64,000 bases of DNA from Octopus vulgaris (Eukaryota): the NCBI GenBank assembly GCA_951406725.2, contig OX597815.1, positions 107,694,001 through 107,758,000 on the forward strand, given 5' to 3'. This document shows, in pieces, positions 52,530 to 64,000 of the stretch. The position numbers and the translations under genes were made by a program. The notes under the pieces were generated by a model that saw only the letters and a program-made list of their open reading frames with translations, searched no databases and was not told the DNA's origin. Within the stretch, counting starts at the first letter, position 1; each line of letters begins with the position of its first letter.

Positions 52530-52685
52530 GAGTGGTTGGCGTTAGGAAGGGCATCCAGCTGTAGAAACATTGCCAAATTAGACTGGAGCCTGGTGCAGCC
52601 TTCTGGCTTCCCAGAACCCCGGTCGAACCGTCCAACCCATGCTAGCATGGAGAACGGACGTTAAACGACGATGATGATGATGATG
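52529..52685 (+). mobile_element. RTE-associated terminal module with (GAT)n tail
   Basis: GAGTGGTTGGCGTTAGGAAGGGCATCCAGC...GGACGTTAAACGACGATGATG. Confidence 0.75.
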
Positions 52686-52728
52686 ATATATATATATATA
52701 CCTATCTATCTATCTCTCTATCTATCTA

Positions 52729-52774
<46 letters not shown>

Positions 52775-53248
52775 CCTCATTTCAAAAACACACACACATC
52801 TATATATACACACATGCATCTATATATATACACACACACAGATACACACAGAGACTCATAGAATGATAGATAGATGGAAAAAGTCACACAAATAATACGA
52901 GTAAGATTATGAGAAAAGACAAAACAAAGAAACATTACAGACAAAAGAAAACATGGCTGAAAAAGCATAGAAATATAAAGCAAAAAAATAACAATGGAAG
53001 AAGTGATGTATAATGAAAATAATATACTAATGGAAAAAAAAAACAGAAAAGAATCTAACCTTTTTGGTGATATCCTTTACTAAAGAGAAGAAAATGAAAT
53101 AAAGGAACCAAGAGAAAAATATAACAAATATATGTCTGTTTTTACATGGCACGTGAAATATATATATATCTATCTTTACATGCACACACAAACACACACA
53201 CACACACGTAATATATATATATATATGTGTGTGTGTGTGTATATGTGT

Positions 53249-54540
53249 ATCATCATCATCATCATCATTGTTTAATGTCCGCTTTACATGCTGGCATGGG
53301 TTGGACGGTTTGATTGAGGACTGGTGTATGAACAGCCATGCTACATGGCAGTGAAACATGTGTGGTGACTACTGAGGACATGCATAAGCTCACAAGGAAT
53401 GAAGCCTGTATGCTTTGCTGGATGTGTAATATCAGTATGCATACACAACAGAGTGTGCCTTAAGAGAAAAGTTGGACCTAAGAGTTTCTACAGTTGGATG
53501 CCCTTCCTAACGCCAACCACTCTGAAAGTGTAGTGGGTGCTTTTACGTGCCACCGGCACTAGGGCCAGTCAAGTGGTACTGGCGACAGCCACACTCAAAT
53601 GGTGTTTTTTATGTGCCACCTGCACAGGAGCCAGTCCAGTAACACTGGCAACGACCTTGCTTGAATGTTGCTTTTCACATGCCACTGGCACAAGTGCCAG
53701 TAACGTGATGCTAGTAACGATCATGCTTGAGTGGTGCACTTTATGTGCTACCGGCATGAGAGCCCTGGCAATGATCATGCTCGGATTGTGCTTTTAACAT
53801 TCCACTGGCATGGGTGCCAGTCAGGCAGTACTGTCATTGGCCACGCCAGTGAATTTGATTTTGATTGTGATTTCACTTGCCTCAGCAGGTCTTCGCAGGC
53901 AATGCATAAGTAGGCTGGTTACATCTCTGGCATAGATCATGGGTTATGGTCTCACTTGGCTTGCCGGGTCTTCTCAAGCACAACATATTTCCAACTGTCT
54001 CGGTCACTAGTCATTGCCTTGGTGAGGCCCGATTTTCAAAGGTCTTGCTTCATCACTCCATCCCAGGTCTTCCTGGGTCTTACTTCTTCCACAGATTCCC
54101 TCAACTGCTAGGGTGTGACACTTTTTCACACAGCTGTCCTCGTCCATTTGCACCACATGTCCATATCAGCACAGTCGTCTCTCTTGCACACCACATCTGA
54201 TGCTTCTTAGGGTCTAACTTTTCTCTCAAGGCACATTCTGTTGTGTATGCACACTGGCATTACACATCCATCGAAGCATACTGACTTCATTCCTTGCAAA
54301 CTTACGCATGTCCTCAGCAGTCACCACACATGTTTCACTGCCATGTAGCATGGCTGTTCGTAAACATGTGTCATACAGTCTATCTTTTACTCCAAGCGAG
54401 AGGCCTTTTGTCACCAGCAGAAGTAAGAGCTCACTGAACTTTGCCCAGGCTATTCTTATTCTAGCAGCTATACTTTCAGAGCATCCACTCCCGCTACTGA
54501 CTTGGTCACCTAGGTAATGTAAGCTGTCAACTACTTCTAG
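53249..54540 (-). mobile_element. RTE LINE 3' fragment (RT C-terminus, UTR, tail) with an internal inverted segment
   Basis: ORF 54226..54585 LEVVDSLHYLGDQVSSGSGCSESIAARIRIAWAKF...MLHGSET...NEVSMLRWMC; UTR repeats 53530-53850; (CAT)n at 53249-53268. Confidence 0.85.
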
Positions 54541-54757
54541 TGTGTATATATATAGAGAGAGAAAGACAGATATACACACACACACTTATATATACATTTA
54601 TACATACATGCAAAAATACATGCTAGCATGGAAGGCAGACATTAAACTATGATGAGGATGATTATGATCATGATGATATATATATATATATATATATGCA
54701 CTCATATTTATATTTGTATGTAAATGATTTTTGGGTATGTACTCATACTTATGTTAG

Positions 54758-54873
54758 AATCTCCGAAGAGGCCGTAAGATAATTTTGTTAATGTCTCATT
54801 TATACCTGCAATATATGGCTAATATAGGTTAAATAAGACATACCTATCTGCATGGCTGAAACAGCTGTCAGTT
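54758..54873 (+). ncRNA. Hammerhead motif (U4C core) with very long stem II
   Basis: CU-CCGAAGA-GGCCGU..AGAUA..AUGUCU...AGACAU..UAUCU..AUGGCU-GAA-ACAGCUGU-C-AG; palindromic stem III, GUC site; stem I weak. Confidence 0.55.
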
Positions 54874-55410
54874 ATAATGTATATGTATTTTTATATCTTG
54901 TTATATTTATTTAGTTATATCTCATTATATTGATTGTAATTATTGTACTGTATTAATGTCTAATATTAATGCTCTTGTATAGTGTTTTAATAAAGTATAT
55001 GATTCGGTAGTATCTGATAGTTGATGAATGATTTAGATATATTTCTCCATTTTCTCATTTTGTATTATTAATTTATGGTATATATATAGTATTTTTCAAC
55101 TCTTATTTCTTGCAACACTGGTACTTTGTGTACCCTCAGTTATAGTTAATAATTAATTATATATTTATGAATTTGCCTTTTGGCTTTAATGCTTGCTGGC
55201 CACTTATATTATTGTTGTTATCATTTATTAATAATAACTATAATATACTTATATACATATATATATATATATATATAAACGGTGGTGCATCAGCATATAT
55301 ATATATATATATATACATACATGTGTGTGTGTGTAAACGGCGGTGCATCAGCATGGCCGCAGCTCTGAGCTGAAACTAAAAAAGAAAAAATATATAAATA
55401 TATATATATA

Positions 55411-55797
55411 TAGGTGCAGGAGTGGCTGTGTGGTAAGTAGCTTGCTTAACACTCTCATGGTTCTGGGTTCAGTCCCATTGCGTGGCACCTTGGACAAGTG
55501 TCTTCTACTATAGCCTCGGGCTGACCAAAGCCTTGTGAGTGAATTTGGTAGACAGAAAACTGAAAGAAGCCCGTCGTATATATGTATATATATATGTATG
55601 TGTTTATATATGTTTGTGTCGATGGTGGTATGTTTACGTCCCCGTAACTTAGCAGTTTGGCAAAAGAGATCGATAGAATAAGTACTAGGCTTACAAAGAA
55701 TAAGTCCTGGGGTCGATTTGCTCAACTAAAGGCAGTGCTCCAGCATGGCCACAGTCAAATGACTGAAGCAAGTAAAAGAGTAAAGAGTAAAAGAGTA
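55411..55797 (+). mobile_element. tRNA-derived SINE, family A
   Basis: Same head and tail as the other family A copies. Confidence 0.85.
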
Positions 55798-56862
55798 CAC
55801 ACACACACACACGCACACACACACATAAATGTCATTATCATCATCATTGGTATGGGTTGGATACATACACCACACACACATATAGATACACACACACACA
55901 CATACACATATACTTATTTATTACTATAGTTTGGAGGAAGGGCTTATGCCTATGCCGTTTATGGCCAGTCAAGACCAGTGAGATTGACATGATTAATAAT
56001 ACTCCTTTTGAAGTATATTAGAGTTGACTCTAAACTCCCACCCATATGAATAGTGACATTGTGCATTGTAAAAGCACAATCTCTGCATAGTTAGATGTAA
56101 GCTGTGGAGTTAGAATAGAGGATAGATATCTAAAGTTGATGTTCTATATTGAATTAGTTCTGAATCTCATTTTTTAAATTCAAAAACTGTGTATTGTTGT
56201 CTTTTATTTTCATCTAGTTTTTATAGAAAGTGCAGACTCTAGTCCTTTCCAGTTTCAAAAAAAAGAAAAACCCACAAAATTCAACATTGATGTAATGAGA
56301 TTATCCTTGGGATAGAGGTATATCCCCAACAAACTGAGCTTAAAACCTCATTTAAATGCCATCAGTTGCTTTACATTTCACTTATAAAATCAATTAATTT
56401 CAGACAGGTGTCACAGCAAAACTTCCAATTCTACTCTCCCTGCAAATTGGGGCCTTTGTACGTAATTAATAAAAAGCAATATTAACTTATTTGAGTTCAA
56501 TAGAAACGAGGTAAGCTCCCAGTGAATTAAGTCAGCAATTGAGTTTCATTTGCTTGTTGTAGTCATTCTGTTGACACCAATATAGGCCTTTAGAGTTGTC
56601 TTGTGGGAAGTTGATTCTGCAAGTCACCTGAGGAACTGTATTGTATTGTAACCTTATGGTTAAAATATGCCTTGTATATGGAATTTGATAGATGGAAACT
56701 GTGCGGTAGAAACCCATCATCATCATCAGCAGCAGCATCACTTTTACATCCAATTTTTTCATGCTTGTATGGAAAAGATCTAATTTACTGATGCAGACTT
56801 CTGTCAATCAAATCCACTCCAAAGCTTTTGGTTGACCCAGACACTTGACCAAAGCACTATAC

Positions 56863-56863
<1 letters not shown>

Positions 56864-56893
<30 letters not shown>

Positions 56894-57490
56894 TTAGCAT
56901 TTGTTTTTCATGCTGGCATGGGTTAGACAGTTTGATAGGTGCTGGCCAGCTGGAGAGCTGCACCAGATCCCAGTCTATTTTGGTTTGGTTTCTATGGGTG
57001 AATGCCCTTTCTAATGCCAACCACTCCACAGAGTGTACTGGGTGTCTTTTACAAGTGTCACTGGCATGGATGCCTTTTATGTATCCCCAACATGGGTTCC
57101 TTTACCTGTCACTGGCATGGGTGCCTATATATATATGCCGTTGCCAGTGCCGCCCCAACAGGCCTCCGTGCTGGTGGCACGTAAGAAGCACCATCCGATC
57201 GTGGCCGTTGCCAGCCTCACCTGGCCCCTGTGCTGGTGGCATGTAAAAAGCAACATCCGACCGTGGCCGTTTGCCATCCCTGTCTGGCAACTGTGCCGGT
57301 GGCACATAAAAAGCACCCACTACACTCACGGAGTGGTTGGCGTTAGGAAGGGCATCCAGCTGTAGAAACACTGCCAGATCAGACTGGGCCTGGTGCAGCC
57401 TTCTGGCTTCCCAAACCCCAGTTGAACCGTCCAACCCATGCTAGCATGGAAAGCGGACGCTAAATGATGATGATGATGATGAGGATGATG
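56864..57490. mobile_element. Two RTE-associated 3' ends back to back (minus 56864-57125, plus 57137-57490)
   Basis: (CAT)n tail on the left, (GAT)n tail on the right, terminal module in both orientations. Confidence 0.75.
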
Positions 57491-59204
57491 ATATATAACA
57501 GAATCAATTATATAAACTAAGTATATAAAACTATAACAACATATTCTCTTATTGTTGCCTCACTTGAGCCCAGATCTATCAAGATCTAAGAACAAATGTA
57601 TTATTACTATGAGGCTGTACACGTGTCATCTTTTTTCTAACACTGCATATCCAACATTATTATATTATAATAACGTACTACTATATCATCCACTGTACTG
57701 CTTCGTTTTTTATGATGACTGCTTTTAATTTGGTGGAGATTTGGCTGTTATTTGTAGCAGACAAAATAATCATATAGAAACTCCATTGTACAGCCATGTG
57801 GGAAAAATGTTAGTTTGTAGTGAATATAATAGTTTATAGGTCTGCAGTGACTATGGAGCACAGACCTGAATGCTTGCAGTATTTAATTTCATCCTATTAT
57901 GTTTTCTAGATAAATTATTGGTAGTAGTGTTTGTTTTGCTTTACATCCCTCTGGAAATCATTATTAACATAACACTGTTAATAACTTAATACTCCGGCAA
58001 CTTCTACTTTTTTTATCATCAATATTTGATGTTTCATGGAAACTACAATAATAGCAATTATCATAATAATAATTATCATCATCAATAATTAATATTATCA
58101 ATAATAACAATCATTATAAAACAATTAAAACAATAAAACTCAATAATAATTGAAAATGCATAAAACTATACAATGGCATTATATTTAAGGTGCTGGGCTT
58201 TTGCAAACCTAGCACTTAGTTCAAACTTTATTAACCACATCAACTGTATTGGATCTATGCCCTGAGCAGGGTATGTAACCCTGTTTGATTCAGTTAGGCT
58301 AGACTATTGATATATTGTTCACTTTGTACTTTTTGTCCATTTTTAACACTTACTACCAAGGATTTGACGAATATATATTACTGAGGCAATGCTCCACAGC
58401 TGTTTGCCCTTCCTGTTTCTTATTCCAGACATCTTTACAAACACAGAGCCAGAAAACGATTTGTTAATAGGGAAATAATAACAAACTTCACCACTTGTAG
58501 GTGAGTGCTTTTGCATGCAAAATAGGCAAGAAGTGATCATTAGTAAAGACGCATGTGTATGAATGCACATAAATACACAGAGACAGACAAACAAAACATG
58601 CACACACACACACACACATACTCACACACACATGCACACACACACGTGGACACATATACACACACACACAAGCAAACACACTCTCTCTCTCACACACACA
58701 CACTCATATATGATGGGTATTTACAGTTTTCCAGCTTCCAAATTTTCTCACAAAGCATTAGTTAGCATAGGATACAGTAATAATAGACATCTATGTGTGT
58801 ATACATGTGTTAGTATTTGTTTGTATGTAAATATATATATGTATACATATTTGTGTGTGCATGCCTATGTGAGTATGTATGTATATTATAATTGCATCCT
58901 GCATCAGTGCAATGTAAAAGCACCTATGCCAGTGTCACACAAAAAGCACCCATGCTGGTGCCATGCAGAGAGATTCCATGCTGGTGTCACATATAAAGCA
59001 CTTGCACTGGTGCCACATATAAAGTAGCAATATTGGTGCCACATAATAAACGATCAGTACACTTTGTAAAGTGGTTGATATTAGGAAGTGCATTCAGATG
59101 TAGAAGCCATGCCAAAACAGACAATTGGAGCCTGGTGGAGGTCTCCGGCTGTCCAGTTTCTGTCACACTGTCCAACCCATGCCAGCATGGTAAATGAACT
59201 TTAA

Positions 59205-59273
59205 ATGATGATGGTAATGATGATGGTAATGATAATGATGATGCTGATGAGGATGATGATGAGGATGATGATG

Positions 59274-59304
<31 letters not shown>

Positions 59305-59503
59305 CAACCTTTGAAATTTTCCATACAAAAGGGTTTTTAATCCAATATTCTCTGCTGGTTGTCCACTCTGCTGGGTGGTTGGTGTTAGGAAGGGCATCCA
59401 GTTGTAAAAAACAGTGCCAAGACAGACACAGAAGTCTGGTGCTGGCTCCTGCCTGGCCGGCTCTTGTCAAATGATGATGATGATGCTGATGAGGATGCTG
59501 ATG

Positions 59504-59585
<82 letters not shown>

Positions 59586-59753
59586 CAACCTTTGAAATTT
59601 TCCATACAAAAGGGTTTTTAATCCAATATTCTCTGCTGGTTGTCCACTCTGCTGGGTGGTTGGTGTTAGGAAGGGCATCCAGTTGTAAAAAACAGTGCCA
59701 AGACAGACACAGAAGTCTGGTGCTGGCTCCTGCCTGACCGGCTCTTGTCAAAT
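59205..59753 (+). repeat. Near-perfect tandem duplication (period ~281 bp) of a (GAT)n tract plus RTE-type terminal fragment
   Basis: 59301-59472 and 59582-59753 differ at about one position. Confidence 0.85.
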
Positions 59754-60836
59754 TGTCCAACCCATGCTAGCATGGAAGGCAGGCATTAAATGATGATGAT
59801 GTTGATGATGACGATTCTACACTACATGTTATTATTTATAGCTTTATCTATTTTGAGTTCAACTGTAAAAAGCGATTTATTCAGATATATATACATACAT
59901 GTATGTATATCATCATGTATATACATGTATGTATACAGATCTGTATAAACTAATTATGGACAATTTTTAGAACATAAAACGTCTTGGGAGATGAATGGTG
60001 CCTTGAGGAACGAACATGCAAGTTGGAAACAATGGTTGGTGGCAAGGTGGGAGAATCAGCAGGAGAGCAATAGTTGCTATCTAGATTTCACTCAGAGAAT
60101 AATCCTGATTGAATTTGTTGTGTGACTTTGTTTGAATTTTCTCTGAGAAAAATAGTTTTGGTATACAAATATTTTCGATGGCAAAAGACCCTTAGAAACT
60201 AATTAAATTCATAAACCTAGGTTCCACTATATGCATATATATATATAACATAAACAGAGCCTGAAAAAATTGCTTTATGATACACAGCATATTTTATAAA
60301 TATATCTGTTCAAGTATCATAATAGCATGAAACTGTTAGTAGCACTTTCGGTTGTATATTTAAATTGATATGATGATGATGATACACACACACATAAACA
60401 AGCATATAAAGGCAAAACAAGGTGGAAAAAATAGTACTCGAATACCAAAGGTAGAGTAAAGTGCTTTGTATTAAAGCAAAACTGTTGCTCAGAGTTTCGT
60501 GTTATCATTCATTGGGCAGTTGTAAACAAATGGCATCATACAAGCATTGTTGTTGTTTGTTTCCAGTCTTGCAGGAAAACATGTCTAGCTTTCTGGCCAA
60601 TGGAAAATATTATTATGCTTGATGATAATTAGTGATAAAAAGTCTTTACATTATTTTCAATTGACCATGCATTATCTGGTAGTTTTCAGATTTTGTGGTG
60701 ATTGTTTACTTTTAGAATGACATTCTGAGATAGGTGTGAAAGGTCAGATTTGACCAGTTCAAGCATTAAATAAGGAAAATATTTGGGCTGGAAATGGCTG
60801 TTTTAAATTCTAAAGGGTTAAAGTAAAGCTATGATG

Positions 60837-60883
<47 letters not shown>

Positions 60884-61709
60884 TATATATATATATATAT
60901 ATACACATATATATACATACATATATATATATATACAAAAGAAGGTGATGACTAAGAGGGAAGGAAGCTGAGAGGATGAAAGGAAGGAAAATATGAGTAT
61001 AACTGGGGAAAGCCAAGTAACAAGAGTGAGGGGTTGTAGGAGAGGAAGAATGAAAAAGAGGCAGTGATAGACAGCTAGATGTCAGTTGTTGGTAAGGAGA
61101 CTGAATAGAAAGAAAATAGAGTGGTGTGATGGGGAGGTGGGAGTGATAGGAGGAGATAGAATAATGTAGGAGGGAATAATGGAAATGAGCAGTGATATAT
61201 CTCAACAAAAGTAATAAAGGTCGGAGTAATGGGAAGAAGTGAAAGACTGAAGAAAGAGAGAGGGGAGAGAAAGAAAGAGAGAGAGAGGAGAGAGGGAGAA
61301 AGAGTGAATGAGTGATAGATAGTCAGACAAAGGTGTGATGGTAATGAGCAGCAAAGAGAATGAATGATGGCTAGCAGTAAAGAAGGGTGATGGCTTGGTT
61401 ATTGGATACAGATTGAATGCCATCCTTCATAATACATCATTTGATCTACCCTTTACTTCTCAGATAGAAATCCTTTGCTATTAGTAAAAAAACACCCTGA
61501 GCATTCTCTACATCATTCTTATTCTGCTTGTGTATTCTGTATGTGTATCTTATACTGATATGTGTGTGTGTGTGTGTGTGTGTGTGTTTGTGTGTATATG
61601 TTTTTGAAAAAATCAATAGAGATAGCTTCTCTGATAATTTTTCCCCTAATAATTAGATGTTTATAATTTTACAATGTACATGTATATATGCATTCATATA
61701 TGCATTGTG

Positions 61710-63176
61710 TCATCACCATCATCATCATCATCATCGTTTAACATCTACCTTCAATACTGGCATGGGTGGGATGGTTTAACAGGAGCTGGCCAGGCAGAAG
61801 CCTGTACCAGACTTCTGTTACTGTCTAGGCAAAATTTTTACAGCTGGATGCCCTTCTTAACACCAGCCACCCAATAGAGTGGACTTAGTGCTTCTTATGT
61901 GGCATAATTACAGGTGAGGTCAGTTTTGGCAAAGTTTTTACAGCTGGTTGCCCTTCCAAATGCCAACCAATTTTCATTGTGGACTGGATACTTTTTAAGT
62001 GGCACCTGCACTGATAGGGTCACCAAGTAACCTTCAAGACAAAAGTCTTTGAAGAGGGGCGGGGGCATTGGAGAAGGTGATCTGGTGTCAGATGATGAAA
62101 GGTTATAGTGAGACAGAGAGACAGAAAGAGGTGTCTTGCTGTAGAGGAGGTACAAGGTTACCTGTCTGGAGAAAGAGAAAGAGAGAGAGAGAGAGAAAGA
62201 GAGTGAGAGAAAGAGAGAGAAAGAGGGAGAGAGAACAGGAATGAAGACAAGAACAAGCACGCTGCTGCAATGGAAATACATGGTTACCCATCCTGGGGGA
62301 TGTGCAGGAGGAGAGAGAAAGTGAGAGACAGCAGGATAGAGATAATGGCGAAGTGCTGGGCATACTCACAAGGAATGGGGATCAGAGTATAAATGGGATG
62401 GTTAAGTAAAGGCAGAGAGTGATATAGATAGTGAAAAGTGCCAGAGCTTAGCCTTGAGGTTCGAATGTCATAATTTAAAAGGCAGGATATTGGAGAGTGT
62501 GGAAGGGAAATGAATGGTGAAAACCTGGGTATATATAGTGTGGGTGGAGGTTACTGGATAGCAATAATACAGAGAAACAGGGCCATGAGGACAGGATTGG
62601 GGAGTAAGAGGTAGGTGTAGTGCATGAAGGAGGAAATGTGAGGAAGAGAAGAGATGTAGAGATGTAGATTGGTTTGTTGGGGTAGGGTGTGCAAAACGTT
62701 TTCTTGTTACATGTGGGTAGAGCACACAAGTTAGGGACTAGCAGATAGCAATGAGTCAGGGCCAAGAGGGCAGAATTGGGGAGTGGAAGGAAAGCATAGT
62801 GCATGAAGTGGAAATTTGAGGAAGAGATATAGAGATGTAGAGATGTAGTTTAGTTTGTTGTGGTAGGGCGTGTGAGAAGTTTTCTTGTTATGTGTGAGTG
62901 GGACACAGCACTTCTAGAACTCTTCGCTGACACAGGTGGATTTTCTCAAGAACCTCATATCACCAGATATTTTGGTCCATTGTCATTTCTTCTGTGAGAT
63001 CCAACATCCTGAGATTGGTCCGTACCACTTCATCCCATGTCTTCCTGGGTTTCCTTCTTCAACGGATAGCATCCACTTTCAGTGATCGACACTTCTTTAT
63101 GCAGCTGTTCTCATTCATATGCATCACATGTCCAAACCAACATAGTCTTCTCTTTTGCATGCTACATTTGATTCCT

Positions 63177-63180
<4 letters not shown>
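61710..63180 (-). mobile_element. RTE LINE 3' fragment with long pyrimidine-rich 3' region and (GAT)n tail; may be composite
   Basis: Minus strand RRKPRKTWDEVVRTNLRML at ~63000-63060; terminal modules at 61740-61990; (CAT)n at 61710-61735. Confidence 0.6.
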
Positions 63181-63238
<58 letters not shown>

Positions 63239-63537
63239 TTAGGTGTGTTACGAGCATTTATGGGACACGTATTCCAAAGTAAAGGATGAAATAGAACTCA
63301 ACCTTTTCTCATATTCATATATATATATATATATAAGAGTGAGTTTGGAGGGATATATACTCTGGGTGGATACCATATTAGCTCTCAGTTAAATTCCAGT
63401 TAACAACTAGCCACAATGATCAGTATCTAATGCCTGTGTCCACATTTAGCTGTTAGTCACTGTGTGAATTCTTCCGATGGATAATTCTGTGTACTCTTTG
63501 TTGGATGGTAAAAATTGCCTGGACTATATACTAATAT

Positions 63538-63725
63538 TCTTTTCTCCTCTAGGCACATGGCCCGAAATTTTGGGGGAGGGAGCCAGTAAATTAGCTCGAC
63601 CTCAGTATGCAACTGGTACTTAATTTATCGACCCTGAAAGGATGAAAGCAAAGTCAATCTTGTTGGAATTTAAACTCAAAACTTAAAGACAGATGAAATA
63701 CTGTTAAGCATTTCACCCAGTGTGC
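63538..63725 (-). mobile_element. tRNA-derived SINE, family B
   Basis: CTGGTACTTAATTTATCGACCCTGAAAGGATGAAAGC core. Confidence 0.75.
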
Positions 63726-63820
<95 letters not shown>

Positions 63821-63939
63821 GGCATTATTACACATAAATGCCTCACGCTAGGAGGTACTTTGAAAGTCATTACTACCAAAAATAAACGAATCGTACCAAA
63901 TGCAGCTCTCGAAGCAAGACATTTAAAAACAGAATTTAG

Positions 63940-64000
63940 TTCCAGATCACCTGTGATTTCGCAATTAACGTATTATCTACATCTCTTGTTCATCAGTGAA
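63940..64000 (-). ncRNA. Type I hammerhead motif at the window edge
   Basis: UUCA-CUGAUGA-ACAA-gag-AUGUA-gauaa-UACGU-uaa-UUGC-GAA-AUCAC-ag-GUGAU-C-UGGA; 5-bp stem III, AUC site; A-C mismatch at the base of stem II. Confidence 0.65.

Noticed and set aside
53520-53850. Repeat-spacer-like array (GTGCCACCGGCAC every ~60 bp) resembling CRISPR
   Set aside because: The 'spacers' are homologous to each other, the array is part of an RTE 3' UTR, the DNA is eukaryotic and there are no cas genes.
58987-59760. Poly-H/M/S/I ORFs
   Set aside because: They are translations of (GAT)n LINE tails.
60482-60522. Minus-strand CCAATGA...GAA-ACTCTGAGC-A-ACAG hammerhead-like fold
   Set aside because: Too many core and stem changes to call as a feature; counted only as a decayed candidate.

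Overview
AT-rich animal DNA made almost entirely of microsatellites and transposable elements. The SINE and LINE repertoire strongly resembles an octopus genome, which I infer from recognisable repeat families. I found no host protein-coding gene; most ORF-track entries are microsatellite or repeat artefacts. The only long open frame is a 5'-truncated but uninterrupted CR1-type LINE reverse transcriptase (7709-9850). It sits inside a decayed Penelope-like element (RT + GIY-YIG, about 4090-10340) that also carries a TIR DNA transposon. Other content: RTE and RTE-X remnants with (GAT)n tails, R4/Dong-type (RLE) remnants in microsatellites, mariner remnants, fold-back MITEs and two tRNA-derived SINE families. 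The most notable signal is about a dozen type I hammerhead ribozyme motifs from several unrelated short elements, mostly inside (TA)n tracts. The clearest case is a non-coding retrozyme-like/Penelope-pLTR unit at 13431-14378: two identical hammerheads 477 nt apart, preceded by an inverted partial copy. Another is a tRNA-headed element that carries a hammerhead (50620-51475). All ribozyme folds were made by eye and none has been tested.
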